DNA of 64,000 nucleotides. Source: Selaginella moellendorffii. Its lineage: Eukaryota; Plantae; Lycopodiophyta. Of this stretch, positions 26,159-39,984 are shown piece after piece. A model generated the notes under the pieces. That model was not told the origin of the DNA. It was given only the letters and a program-made list of their open reading frames with translations, and searched no databases. Position 1 is the stretch's first letter. Each line of letters begins with the position of its first letter. The position numbers and the translations under genes are program-made. The stretch is from positions 1,037,014 through 1,101,013 of the forward strand of contig NW_003314300.1 in NCBI RefSeq assembly GCF_000143415.4, given 5' to 3'.

Positions 26159-27347
26159 CCTGCTTAGGGTAAGAAAAATTTGTTGAAATAAAAGTTTGAT
26201 TTGATATAATTATTTTTAAAGCAAATATATTTCTAAGTTTGGACTTTCTTCTAGTGATCTTAAAATAAACAGTTTTTATTTATTCAGATTATTGTTTTTT
26301 CTTGTTTTTAATTGCACACAATCATGTTTCAATTGCACATCTCACTTGAATAGACACTTTATGTAACATGTGCAATTATGTCATCTTATTTTTTACTGAT
26401 TTATGATCCATTGAGTTACTAAAGTGGAAATAAATGTTGTAACTTTTTTTTATTGTACACAAAAGGTATCACTTTTGAAAGGATCACTTGGATATTTACT
26501 GTTACATGATCCATTGTTCCCAAAATCTATAATGTAATGACATTAAACAAAAGAAAAAGATGCAAAAACAATATAAATAAGTTGGTAGTTGAATTCTTAG
26601 AATGCACCATTATTTTTTAGTACTTTAGCTTTTGTTATAGAGCAATCAATCACATCCCACTCTTCTTTCCCCTAAAATCCACACACAAATTTCAGGGTTT
26701 CATATATTAAATAGTAAGCTGCAATAATGTGCTGGAAAAATTAATATAGAGGAAGAAAGAAATGGGTCTTAATCTGCTACATGAATGTAACACATGTTAT
26801 TTTTTCCACAATGTCCCTATCTCAACTATCCGTCAATATACCCTTACACTATAATAACTCATTTAAGATAATAACTTAACATGAAAACATGTGTGTGAGG
26901 CACAGGATTGCCATTGGTTAGAAGGACTTGTGACAGCTGTCCCTTTGGATGCCTAGGCCAAGCTTTTATGTCATGGTCAATTTTCAGTGATCTGGTGGAC
27001 TTTCTGTCAAGGCGCGAAGGGCCGAATTATCCATAGGAAACTATGCTCCTCATAAGATCTTCTAGAGAGAGTGTTGAGATAAATAGTCTCTGGGCATTTT
27101 CTATAAATCTACTTAACATTTCTTATATATATAGGGGAGGTTTTTTCATTCTATTCAATATAGCCATTGATCAAGGTTTAGCCCAAGCATTTTTGGTATA
27201 TATAGGGTCTCATACCATTAAAATACTAGTCATTGCTCAGCATATGCTGCCCCAGTTAGCAAACACCATTTTGATTATCATTATTACATTGAAAATAATG
27301 TCTATGAAAATAATTATTGCAACACAAAAACCTTAGACATCCAACAA

Positions 27348-28110
27348 ATAAAAGACCAAACTGCTCACTAATTGCATCTCGATATCCTCTTCAACTAGAA
27401 GTATAAACTGCTTGAGTTCTCTTACAAATACTTGGATGTCTTCAAGTTTCTTGTCTGTCTCATAAACTATAGCCCAAACCAATCTCTTTTGCAAGGTGCA
27501 AATTTCTTTGGCAAGTTCATCCATTTGTTCTGCATGGAAAAGTTTCTCTTCTATCTTCACCAGATCCTATTCGAGCACTTCAGAAGATTTCCTGTCCTTT
27601 TGAAGGCAATCACAACACACTTGAATAGTTTTCACATTCATATCCAGCAATTTCGAAACTTTCTCCCAAAGTGTTGCCTTGAAGTACTATAGCATAAGCA
27701 TATGTTAAACCACCAGCTTAGAAATGAAAGCTATTGTTACCTTGAATTTCTCTTTCTTGCTACCCAAAAAATCTTGACTCATGCCTTGAGACATAATCAC
27801 ACACAGGTTTTCCATCAATCTAAAAAAAAAGGTGACAGTAGGAAAGTAGAAAATTTTAAAAATACAATCTTAGCTTACATTGAGATGGTTGATCACATCA
27901 CACAAATCCTGCTTGTTTGAAGAAAGTTTTTCACCTGGAATACACAATATAAAAGAAGTAAATCCCTTACACGATAGAAAACCAACCTTGGTGACTTTTC
28001 AAGACAATAGTGTTGCTTCCAGCAGTGATTCTCCACTCAATCACTATCATTTTGCCATATAGATTTGCTTATAAGCATCTGACCCTTCATTTTTTAACTC
28101 TACCACTACC
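27348..28110 (-). pseudogene. SMC6: SMC6 N-terminal fragment with introns
   Basis: VELKNEGSDAYK, CVIMSQ...KEKFK|YFKATL, EQMDELAKEICTLQKRLVWAIVYETDKKL. These resemble SMC6 motifs CVVMSQDKSREFL..KFKFFFKATL and LKKKLAWSWVYD. Stops and frameshifts present. Confidence 0.75.
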
Positions 28111-28601
28111 AAAGCAAACTTGGAACTAAAACAATGCTAGAAGAAGGCACAAACAAATCAATTAAATTTTGACACAAACTGTACTAAGATGTAGCTCATT
28201 CTAGCGGTGTTGACACAATGCTTTAGATTTGGATTGCAAATCAGCAGCAGCGCCAGGGGCTCTCTCGCCATTTTATAAACCCTAGAAAAACATTACAAAA
28301 CAAAACCAATTCACTTGACAAACCACAAGAGTAGTCACAGTTAACACATTGTATATAACATGTGTTGCAATGCATTTTTCTCCTGCCCCACACAGCTTGG
28401 CTACTTCCCATTGGCTAGGAGCAAACATCAGCACAATTATTCGCTAAGATGTGGTTAAAAAAATAACCCTTTTACAATTACCCCCCATCAGACGGCTGCA
28501 ATTGGCTGGATCCGGCAGCCAGGCACTTATGATAGATTCTTATAGTAAAATATTTTAGGGAATCTTGCTTAATTTCTAAATTTTTTTGTTCTTCTCCTAC
28601 A

Positions 28602-29600
<999 letters not shown>

Positions 29601-30786
29601 GTGAGGCTCTTTTTGTACGCAAGTAAGCCTCCCGATCTTCCGTGACAGATTCTGCAAGTTCCAGTAACGCATCCCATGTAAAGCCTTGATTGTTTTATAT
29701 GAAAGAGAAATAGCAAATGCTCAAACCAATTGAAATACACATATAACCAAAATTCTGAAGAGCGAAATCTGGCTCTACAAAACATACAAGAAAAAAAAAA
29801 AAGGAAACATTCCTTTCGTTGCCCTAAAGTGCCCTAAAGGAATCAACTAAAAAGGTCTGGATAAAGTTGAATTGATGGTCTCACGCTGAATGCCTGAATC
29901 AAATGAATTGATAACCAAGAATTCTTTCAAACATTACTTGGGGGGAAGAATCAGCCACTGAGGTGTCACTTATAATCGACATTGCGTAATTAGAGAAGTG
30001 CTGCGGGCCTGCACCACAACTCTGACAGTTGTATGTGGCTGAGGTACATTTTTTTCTCTTCCTTTCTTTTATTTTGGTTTCCACTCCAAACCAGTACATG
30101 ACTTGATACAAACTCCATGTGGCGAAATTCCCGAGACCTGCCCCTAGCCCTTGACTGCACTAAACGTCTCCTGATGACAGAGTGATGAGATTATTTATTT
30201 GTTTAGCCTCTTTTCTAATCAACGAAAGTTTAGAAGTTGGAAAACACTTAAGCGAGAGTGTCCCTATAAAGTGTGCCACAGCTCTCTACCTCAAGTTGGC
30301 AGTTGTGCTTGCTTCTTCCAGAGGAGGAGGAGCTAGAGCGAGCTCATCCAGTTCTTCCAGCTCACAATTGCCGCCTCTGTGGTAAATCATCGGCAATCTC
30401 CCACGAAGGCACGTTGACTATCCACGCTCTTGGCTGAATGTGCATGTTCCTCCAGAGTCCAGCCGTGAGGAACACATTGCGGGGCAACGCAATCTTGATG
30501 ATCGTGGAGCCTGCAAGTCGATGGTCACGGAGGGATCTTGATGATAAATGGCTTCAACATCTCAGATTTTGTGGTTCCAGATCAAGGACGCTGCTTCCTT
30601 TCCCTACAGTCCCTGCAATGACCGGCTCGTTGACCTTGCCCACTTCCAGCTTGATCTGGAGGACCACTACTCCCGAGTGCTGCAAATCTCAGCAAAGTCT
30701 GCTATGTCATCTGTCAATTTCCACACAGCATGTCCAGCTGTACTAAACCATTTGAGTCAAGTACATTCCAAACACACTTCTCAGCT

Positions 30787-32790
30787 TTATATGTAACTAG
30801 TATTCTTCTCCCCCTCCCCCTCATCCGATGGGAACACGAATTTAATTAACCTTGAGGTTCTCAGTTTCGATCTGATGAGAACAGCTGCTGTGTCACCCGA
30901 CCATGAAAACTGGTAGACAGCACGAGGAACAGTCAGGACTCTGAGCCTATGTGTGTCCTCTAGTTCCATGTTGAGGATAGTAGGTAGGGAAGACATCACA
31001 TGTGTTTGAAGATGCTGGAATAAAAAGGAAAAAATGCAAAATTGATACAAATACCAGATAACTAATGCCTATCTCGTTCACAAAAATTGTCAGCTCTTTC
31101 CTAGCTAACTTACCAGCCGTGCACTTGATACTCAAAGCAGTTTCCTCCTTGAATTCAATGTGTCCTGAACAACAGCATTGTTCACGTCGTGCAAGGAGAG
31201 TAACTGGATGCCAGCGGTCAAAATCATCGATGAGAGAGGCTTTTTTGCGCTCTACATGCCTCCTTGGTCTGTCGAGGAGTTGCAGCAGGTTTACTTCTCG
31301 GCGCCCGAGAACGCAAATAAGTCGCACGTCGACTTCTGGGCGATGTACTACATAGCCGGGCCAATCACGAGGTACTACTTCATGCCTTTGGAACGTGTAT
31401 ACGACATGATAGGCATGGCTGTGAGCCATGCTGTGAAAGTGGGAGAGCTCAACATTTACCGTGGATTATTTTTGCCAGGGACCTCCATTTCCTGGCCAAG
31501 TCTGGACTTGACCCTTGTGGATCATATCTCCTTCACTTCGGAGTGGGTCATAGATTGTTTCACCATTGCATGCTACAAGGGACAGATCAAGCATTGGGTG
31601 GAGTGGGCTCGGGTATTGGCTTCACTGCAGAGATTGGGTCTTGTGCGAATGCTATGCTCACCACCGACTCTCACAGGGTGGTCACTTCTGTAGTGTTGAT
31701 GATGCTGCCATTGGCCTGCATTTGGAGAAACGTGATTTGAAGTTCTTCTCAGGCAACAGTCTCAACCTACAAGTACCTGGCCTCCACTATCTATGGCCTA
31801 GCAGCACGTCATTCCCTCCAATAGACTTGGTGTACCCCCCACTCATCCTTTTCCATATCTCGAATGCATTGAAGCAGAGAGCAATGAACAAAAGTGACTA
31901 CTACGCCTTATGCTCTTCGCTGATGGTGTTCAGAAAGGAGCATCCCGACATCCCGTCCGGCCTACAAGGCGTGAAGGAGGAAGACCAAGTGTATGCCGTT
32001 TTAGTGAAGATGGAGGGTGACGAGTCTCTAGATTCACAATGCTTATGCATGGTGGAAGACATTCTGGATGATCAGCTGCTGCAACAGCAGTTGAAGAAGC
32101 AAGCAAGAAGTCCAAAGTGGATTGCCTGGGTGGAAGAAAAAGAGGATCTACCTGCCTTTCCAGATGACGATTGCTCTCAAGATGCAGGATCAGATTAACG
32201 GCTCAATCAACTACTTGACCATCGAGGAGGTCTTCGACATTTTCCGTTCGAGGATGGACGGTACAGTTGATACTGGAGGACTCAAGTTTGGGGACATGAG
32301 CAGAAAGCTGGGTGAGGCAAAGTTCCCTGTTGGTGCAAGGAGGTATGTGCAAGTTTTTATATGGGTATTTTGTTTGGTCTCTTTCTGAATTGCGTTACAA
32401 TCGAACAGGAAAGGGAAGAGTACAATGCAAGGAGATGGTGACTGTGTTTGATGTATTGATTGAAGCGTCTTCAGAAACGGGTGTGTAACTCCCATCTGGT
32501 TTGAAGTTGTAAACCTCCTCCCTTTTTCTTTCAATGAGCTGAACTATCAAGGCCAGTATCCCTTCTTCACTGAGGAGCCGTTTCAGGACGTACCACAGAA
32601 AGCACGACTTGCTGATTCCAGGGTTTCCTGATATGTGGAGGTAGTTCTTGCCCAGGCTTGCGAGCTCTCTCATGTCGGCATAGAGATCCTCATAGCACTC
32701 CCGTATCCATGTTCCTGGAGATAGGAGGGAGATCTATCCACCTAGCATCAGGGTCTATCGCTGCATGCGCATCATCCCCAACTGGCACTA
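30787..32790 (-). pseudogene. Crinkler-like gene copy 2, with its middle ~1.3 kb (~31165-32466) inverted
   Basis: Ends match copy 1 on the minus strand (ISGNPGISKS; FSWSGDTA..IKFVFP). The middle matches copy 1 on the plus strand (LYMPPWSVEEL...RMDGTVDTGGLKFGDMSRK). Frameshifts present. Confidence 0.9.
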
Positions 32791-32869
32791 TTATCCTCGC
32801 ACGGTTGAAGAGAGAATATACCCGTGCAATTCATAACGGACTTTAGGGTCTAGGGTTTCAGGCTCTGGT

Positions 32870-34364
32870 CAAGCTTCTCAGTTTCAATCTGATGGCAACA
32901 TGTGACCAGGAAAACAAATAGACAGTACCACGACCATCGGCCTATCCATGTTCAAACAAATAAAATGCAACATTGATACAAACACCAAACAACATATTTA
33001 ATTGTCAATTTTTTCCCAACTAACTTACCAGCCATGCACTTGATACTCAAAGGAGTTTGCTCCATGAATCCAGTGTGTGTCTTCCAAATGGCTTCCATCC
33101 ATATGCCAAACACAGTCATGTCATCTTCAATATGCTTGTAGTGTATGCTTCTGTTTCCTGTGTTCAAGGATGGATGGTACAGTTGATATTGGAGGACTTA
33201 CGTTTGGGGACATGAGGAGGCAAAGTTCCCAATGGTCTCTTTCTGAATTGCGTTCCAATCTAACAAAATGTCGAAGATCTCGTTGATGATTGGGTTGTTA
33301 ACATCATCCTGCATCTTGAGAGCAATCGTCATCTAGAAAGGCAGGTACATCCTCTTTTTCTTCCGCTCAGGTGTCTCCTCTTGCTTGATCCACTCTGGAC
33401 TTCTCGCTCAACTGCTGCTGCAGCAGCTGATCATCTGGAATGTCTTCCACCACACACAACCTCCGCAAATCCAGAAACTTGTCACCCTCCATCATCATTA
33501 AAACCTTGTATTTGGTTCTCTTCCTTGGCACCCAGTTGAGATTTGGAAAAGGACAATGGGGACATCAAGTCAATCAGAGGGAATGACGTGCTGCTATGTT
33601 GTTGGAGGCTGGGTACTTGCAAGTTAAGACTGTTGCCTGAGAAGAACTTCATGTCACGCTTCTCCAAATGTAGGCCTATGGAAGGGCCATCGATAACCAC
33701 CTTGCGAGAGTCGCTGGTGAGCATAACATTCAAACAAGACTCTAGCTACACTCTGCAGTGAACAGTCAGTTGCCCGATCTATCCAGCCCTTGATCTGCCC
33801 CTTGTGGCATGTGATGGAAGGAGATATGATCCACACGCATAAAGTCCAGAGTTGGAGTTCTTGTGCGAAAATGGTTCATAGTCAATGCCATAAAGTAGTA
33901 CCCCGGCATTTACAACCTGATCCATGCCTATCACGTCGTATTGTTCCAAAGGCATGAAGTAGTACCTCACAATTGGCCCAGCTATGTAGTATGTCGTCCA
34001 GAAGTTGACACGTGTGACTTATATGTGTTGTCCGGCACTGAGAAGTAAACGTGCTGCAACTCCTCAACAGACCAAGGAGCCATGTAGAGCGGGAAGAAGC
34101 CGGCTTCCCAGACGAGTTTGACCCCCTCAATCCAGTTACTCTCCTTGGGTGACGTGAAACCGCTGTCATTCCATGCCTAGCGATGTTCCCAACAAAACTT
34201 TCATCCATGAGAAGCCAAACCCCCAGGATAGCTGATTCCAAGCTCTTGTCTGCACTCCAAGCCGCAGGCTCGGTCGGGAGTGCGGAGGCCTTTGCACTGA
34301 AGGCGAGCGAGGCCGCCCTGGGTCCGGTTTGAGCTCTCGCATGCCCATAGCACTTGCGGGGCAT
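32870..34364 (-). pseudogene. Crinkler-like gene copy 3: more decayed, P-loop region replaced by unrelated sequence, small internal inversion ~33160-33265
   Basis: WLLMDESFVGN, RYYFMPLE, FECYAHQRLSQGG, GLHLEKRDMKFFSGNSLNLQVP and SIKCMAGKL on minus; RMDGTVDIGGLTFGDM on plus. Confidence 0.85.
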
Positions 34365-35099
34365 GGCATTTAATTAAGGATAAATAAATAAAGAGGAATA
34401 TATATTGCATATTCATCACCACCACATACGTTTTTATGACCTCCAACTGGAACGACTGACACAAATTTAGCATCCTCTCTTCATCTTCAAACAGCCTTTT
34501 GCATGATCCACCACAACCATGCCCATATACCTTCCGTCATGACCATAGCAAGACATTGAAAGCCAACAAATATTCAAGTAGAGACCATATTCAACCAAGG
34601 CTAGAACTCTGGTCAGCGTAAAGGTAGCTACCCTTAGAACCTGATAGATCATGGTGGTTGAAAGGTGGTGAATTTTAGCTTAGTAAAGATTGCAAACACA
34701 GATATACAATTACATAAATGCCTTATTCGCAAGTCTAGAGAGTATTTCAATTTCAAATGGTGATAATAGTGGCTAAAGTGACAAGTTTCTCCTTAGATTG
34801 ATTCATAGCATACATTCATTCTTGAGCATTGTTTCTTGTTGATATAATCTTAAGTGTTGAATTTTCTCAAGTTCAAAGTTCATGGAGTTTTTGAGGTAGT
34901 TTTAAGGTAGATTAGGGTGGTTAGAAAGGGTGAAGGTTAAACCTCTTTACCATTGTTATTCAGTTATAATATTAATATAAGTGATGGTTTATCATTTGAA
35001 TTCTAATGAGAAGGAAAGCACCACAGTAAAATGACAAGGACAAAAAATCTAATTTCAAGCAGAAGCTAGATGAATTTGCAACTTCTACATGCTTGTTCC

Positions 35100-35870
35100 A
35101 AAGAGCTTCGACACACCAGTCATGCCTGTCATCCACGCATCCTCACTTCCCGGTCAAGTGCTGCCACTCCCACGCTACCATCGCCGCCACAATCCTTGGG
35201 AAGGCACCTTGGCGGGGCTGTGCCCGAGCTGCGGGATCATCTCGGAGACCAGATAGCTGACCAAGTTCTGAAGGAGCTCCTCGCCTCCAAATGCCTCACC
35301 CGAGGCCTCGGACCTGCGAGACTCCCTCAGCGGTGGCGGTGACATCGCCATGTTGAAGATCAGCGCGAGCTTCTCAGCGGCGCTGGCCGAGACTGGAGCC
35401 AACACTCCCTGCTGCTGGATCATATGGGCGTAGACGAGGCCGGCGGTGGTGGGCTCGGGCATGAGCCGCGCAACTTGAAGCCGTCATCACGCACGCCCGC
35501 TCGGTCTTCATGAGCTGGAAGCGCGAGAAGCAAACCGGGACGGTCACCACTGCCAAGCGGACCATCCTGCCAAGGTGGAACTCGGCAATGGCGTGGTGAG
35601 CTGCAACACGAGGATCTCCTCCTGGGCAGATGTGTTGCTGCCGCGAGCGCCCAGGAAAGGCTTGAGTCCGATCCCCAGGCTCTTGATCATGAGGAATGGG
35701 TACTTCTATCTGATCAGTGTCGGTTCTTCCCACCAATTTCTTGGCGCCAAAGATCGCGCGCCCCGACCAGAGCTCGTCCTCGCTAGCCCCGCCGCCGACC
35801 TTGTTGATCCCGGTGGGCGCGTCGCTGAAGCTCTTACGATCCTCAGAGCTCCACTCTCCCATTCCTCCAC
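35100..35870 (-). pseudogene. Atypical Hsp70 (Hsp70-8/HSP70T-2 type) pseudogene fragment
   Basis: SGRAIFGAKKLVGRTDTD, AVVTVPVCFSRFQLMKTERACVM, MPEPTTAGLVYA, EKLALIFNM and FGGEELLQN, spread over different frames. Confidence 0.85.
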
Positions 35871-36289
35871 ACCGCGACCGCGGAGCTCGTGCCCAGGTCG
35901 ATGCTGATGGCGGCGCTGGATTCCAGTGGCGGTGGGAGCGGGTGGAGTCGTCGGGAGGCTTGTCTGTCTGTGACAATGTGGCTGGGACTGGATTCGGCTG
36001 CCATCTCACTCCTGGAGCGATCTACACACCCAAGAGGAAGAAATCGCGAACAACGTAGAAATTCTCATCCGACGGCCACGGGCTACCCAAGATGGGCACC
36101 ACGTGTTTCATGCCAATATTTTTGCACCAGAGAAAGTCCACTACGTACTTAGTCTGGTACTTTGTACTACATCGCGCTCGGCAATCGGCCCCGAGAAATG
36201 CCCTGCTGTTGGAGACATGATCCACACGCAGCGAACACCAAGATCATGAAGAACTTGAAGACGAATCGCCGAATCGGAGCTCCCATCTT

Positions 36290-37509
36290 CTGTTTCTATG
36301 GCTAGAAAGGATTTAGATTTTTTTTGCCAAGCGTGTCTCTCAAATCTTACGGACAAACTGGTAAGATCTTTCCTTCCTTCGATCAACACTGTGTTACCTT
36401 TTTCCAGGAGTTTACACTCTCATTCACAGCTCCTGGCATTCATCGCAGCGTTCTACCTGGGCCACACCAAGAAGCACACAAACACCAATTGATCACGGTG
36501 TCCCATGCATTGGTATGCTTTTGTTTCGTTTGCTCTCTCACACGCATGCATAGGCTTGAGCTTTAAGCTCGACATTCCTTACGTCGTAAGCTCTTTTTTC
36601 TCTTGTTCTCCGCAGTTAGTGTTTTTATATCCCAGATTGCTTGTCGAGGAAATGGAGAAACCACTGTTTCAGCAACAATATCTTTCGCTTCAAAGGTAGT
36701 GTCTACACTGGGAAAAAGAGCAAACTTTGATGGATTATGTTCCAGGCTGGAATCAAAGTGTTCGTTACTGGAGGTATTGGAGGAGTTCATCGACAGGGCG
36801 AGTCAAGGAAGCCCAAGGTTCCCCAAGGTTCATACTTTTGTGTCTTTAACTTTGTTTTTATTAAGCTCCTCGGACTTAACAGAACTCGGTATAAAACCCC
36901 AGTTGCGGTGGTTTGTGCAGGGGTAAAATCAATCCTTGACATTCCACGAACACTTGAATACCTTGTCAGACCATCGTATAGCGCACGGGCGTTTTAATAT
37001 GAAACAATTTGCAGGAAACTCAAGGAGCTACTCAACTGATGAATTTCCGGCATTTTTTACTCCTAAAAGTGGCTGAAAAGCACCTTGCCGAGCAGACAAC
37101 GTGGAGGAGGTAAGCTCTAGTCATCGTCGTTATCAGCTCTAACTTGACACTGCAGAGGCAAATACGAAGTTTGGATTGGGTTCGGGCATTTTGATCGGGT
37201 TTCCAATACCCGCAGACCATGCAGCGGCAGCTAAGAACGTGGAATCGGCCATACAATCGACATTGCATGAAGCAGAGTACGTCTCAGTGATTTCTCTCTT
37301 GCTATTCCTACGTGTTTTTTTATAGGAGCAGATATTGCCGGTAATTTTGTGACGCCATTCTTGCTCAAGCGCGTCACTGGAGGCGATTCATTGGCTGCAG
37401 GTATCCTTTTGTTTGGTGTTTTTCTTTGCTACAATTGATAGTTATCCAGCTCGTGAAGAATAATGCACTCGCTGGTGCGAAATGTTGCAACGGCTCTAAA
37501 TCGTCTTGA
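36290..37509 (+). pseudogene. Pseudouridine-5'-phosphate glycosidase (PsuG/IndA family) pseudogene with introns
   Basis: [85 protein letters not shown]. Frameshift at ~36890 and an in-frame stop. Confidence 0.88.
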
Positions 37510-37639
37510 CACTCGACCCCAATTGGTAGAAATGTCACACCAATTGAAACCAATTGAGAAGATCCTAACTCGTTGCGCAACGAGTTAAGATCTTTTCAAG
37601 AACTTGGTTAAAACTCACCCTTTTCTCATCACTATGCCA

Positions 37640-39582
37640 GGGAATTGAGAAATTAGTCCGTGAACTTATCCGGTTTCTCCGAGGACCACTGGCACTGATT
37701 TCTCTCGCGCTTCTCACAGCTTCCATCGCCTTATACGCCGCTCGATAGGATTAATGTCCCTTTCGACTGGATGGGAAGGCCTGTAACCCAAGTAAGCTCT
37801 TTTCTCTAAAACTTTGCATTGATATACCTGTTGTGATTTGTTTGCCATTGTTACTGTAAGTGACTCAGAAACAAAAAAGAGAAGAAAAAATGCACCTTGA
37901 TCTTATCACTTTTTTGCTGGCTTCTAGATGGGAACAAAAGTTCAACATTGTTGGAACAATCTTTGGTATGACTAGAGCCCTCCCTTTGCGTTTCTCAGTT
38001 GCGCGGCTCTTTCACTCTTCCGGCTAACAAACATACTATTCGAGCATGCCGTGTGCGCGGTACCACATTTGGACGGGGCATATCACGTGTTCCTCTGGAC
38101 TGTCCGTGCTTGGTTTATATCCTCTACTGGACAATGGCAAACAAATCACAAGAGGTATATCAATTTTTACAGAAAAGAGCTTACTTTGGTTTCTCTCTTT
38201 CAGCTTGTAAGGTGGCACAAGATCGACATAAGTGGTTTCACTGGATTGTTTACTTGGATCGTCGGCCTTCTGATTTGGGGACTTCTCTAGCTCCATTCCG
38301 GAAGCACAGATTCGAGCTCTTTTACTACACACACCAGCTTTACTTTGTCTTCAATATTGGCTTTGCTCTTCACCTCGGGAGGAATGGCTCGCCATCATCA
38401 TCGCCGGAGTGTTTCTTTTCTTCATCGATAGAGCCTTCCGGTGCCTGCAATCGATGAGGCACGTTGAGGTGGTCTCGGCAAAAGTCATCTCTCCAGAAAC
38501 TCTGGGGCTCACTCTCGCTAAAGTTCCTGGTGAGAAGCACATACATTTTTCTGTTCTTCGCTGTTAACTTATGACTTACTTGGACAGATTGAAGAGCCCG
38601 GCCGCAAGTGTGATCTTTCTCAACTTGCGCCATCTCGAGATTGCAGACATCCTTTCACTGTTACATCGTGCTCAACTTTGGACGTGGATCGAATTACTAT
38701 TCTCGTGAAATGCCGTGGAAGATGGACCTGCTGCTCGATCAGGAGCGTCTTCACGAGAACAGCTATCCCGCACCCTTTGAAGCAGCAGTTGAAGGCCTCA
38801 TGGTCACGAGCTTGATGTAAGTATTTCGGCTCAAAATGCATTAAAACTCTACCTTTGTGCTGAAGATGTCCAGCTTTGATCTTCGTGGCCGGAGGAAGTG
38901 GAGTCGGACCATTCATCGCTCAGGCTTGCACCAAAGAAAATCGTTTTCATTCTGGCAGTCAAGTTTTCCTAGGAGCTCCAGATTCTACATTCCATCTCAC
39001 CTCTTCCATCGCTTCCGATATCTCCGCTGCAGATTTCTTGAAACTTCATGCTTATGTCACTCGTGAAAGCGAAAGTGATCTTGAATCCCCCGTCAAGTTG
39101 AGTCTGGAAATCCAAACGCGAAGAAAGTTCTGCAGCAACAATCCTGGCATCTTTCGCAGGATACATGCTCATCGCGGGACTGGTGCACACATCTATCCAA
39201 TGGACCACAATACGTACCAAGTTTGCTCGAGATCGGGTAGAGGATTTGCGCCGCTTCTCGAGTACGTGGTCGCCATTTGTGCCTTTGATGGTGGAACTAT
39301 CCTCCTGTGGAACTGGTCCAAGTCGACTCTAATCTTGTAGACGCGCCAGTGATAGACCCAAGCTCGACGAAAATAAGACCAAGCAACGTGGTTTATGGAA
39401 GACGCCCGGATTTCCAACTCCTCAAGCAAGGAGAAATTCGATTTGTGATCTAAGTTGCGTGTTTTTGTCACAGAGATCTGCGCTGAGCACACAAGCAAAA
39501 ACAAGGAATGCATAGTTGTGACCAGAGGGCATGCAAAGGACAGTGCCGAGCTCAACTTGCACCCCTTAAACTTTGAGCTCTG
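37640..39582 (+). pseudogene. FRO: Ferric reduction oxidase (FRO) pseudogene, tandem paralog of the downstream FRO
   Basis: GFTGLFTWIVGLLIW.TSL.PFRKHRFELFYYTHQLY, HPFTVTSCS, FVAGGSGVGPF, HPLNFEL. Multiple frameshifts and deletions. Confidence 0.88.
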
Positions 39583-39984
39583 GAACTTAGAAGAAAGCTA
39601 TGGCTTCTTTTTGCAATAGAGACAAAAAGAAAAGAGAGTATTGTTTGGAAACACGAAGGATCATACCTGTAGCAAATTCTTGCGTGATGCTTCACGCGAG
39701 GGATCTCCACACCACAGCGCAATCACAGGCGCAGAAAACAAAAAACCATATATAGAAACTCTTTGTTTGACAACGAACAAACACTTGTTTATGTCTTATG
39801 GGCACGGGCACGGGCAAAATCCACTAAAATATACAATCATGGATTAATCCCTCCAGCTTGCTAAAGGGGAGTTGACAATTTTATGTACTATTTTGCATGA
39901 AGCAAGGGCAGTACATCGTACAGCTTTTGCATGAATATATACTAGACAGAGGCCATTTTCGTTCTCACATTCCTCTCATCCGCA

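Noticed and set aside
28490-28530. GC hairpin as a possible Helitron 3' end
   Set aside because: Stem is only 6 bp and there is no properly placed CTRR terminus.
34380-34680. Short ORFs upstream of Crinkler-like copy 3
   Set aside because: No interpretable motif.
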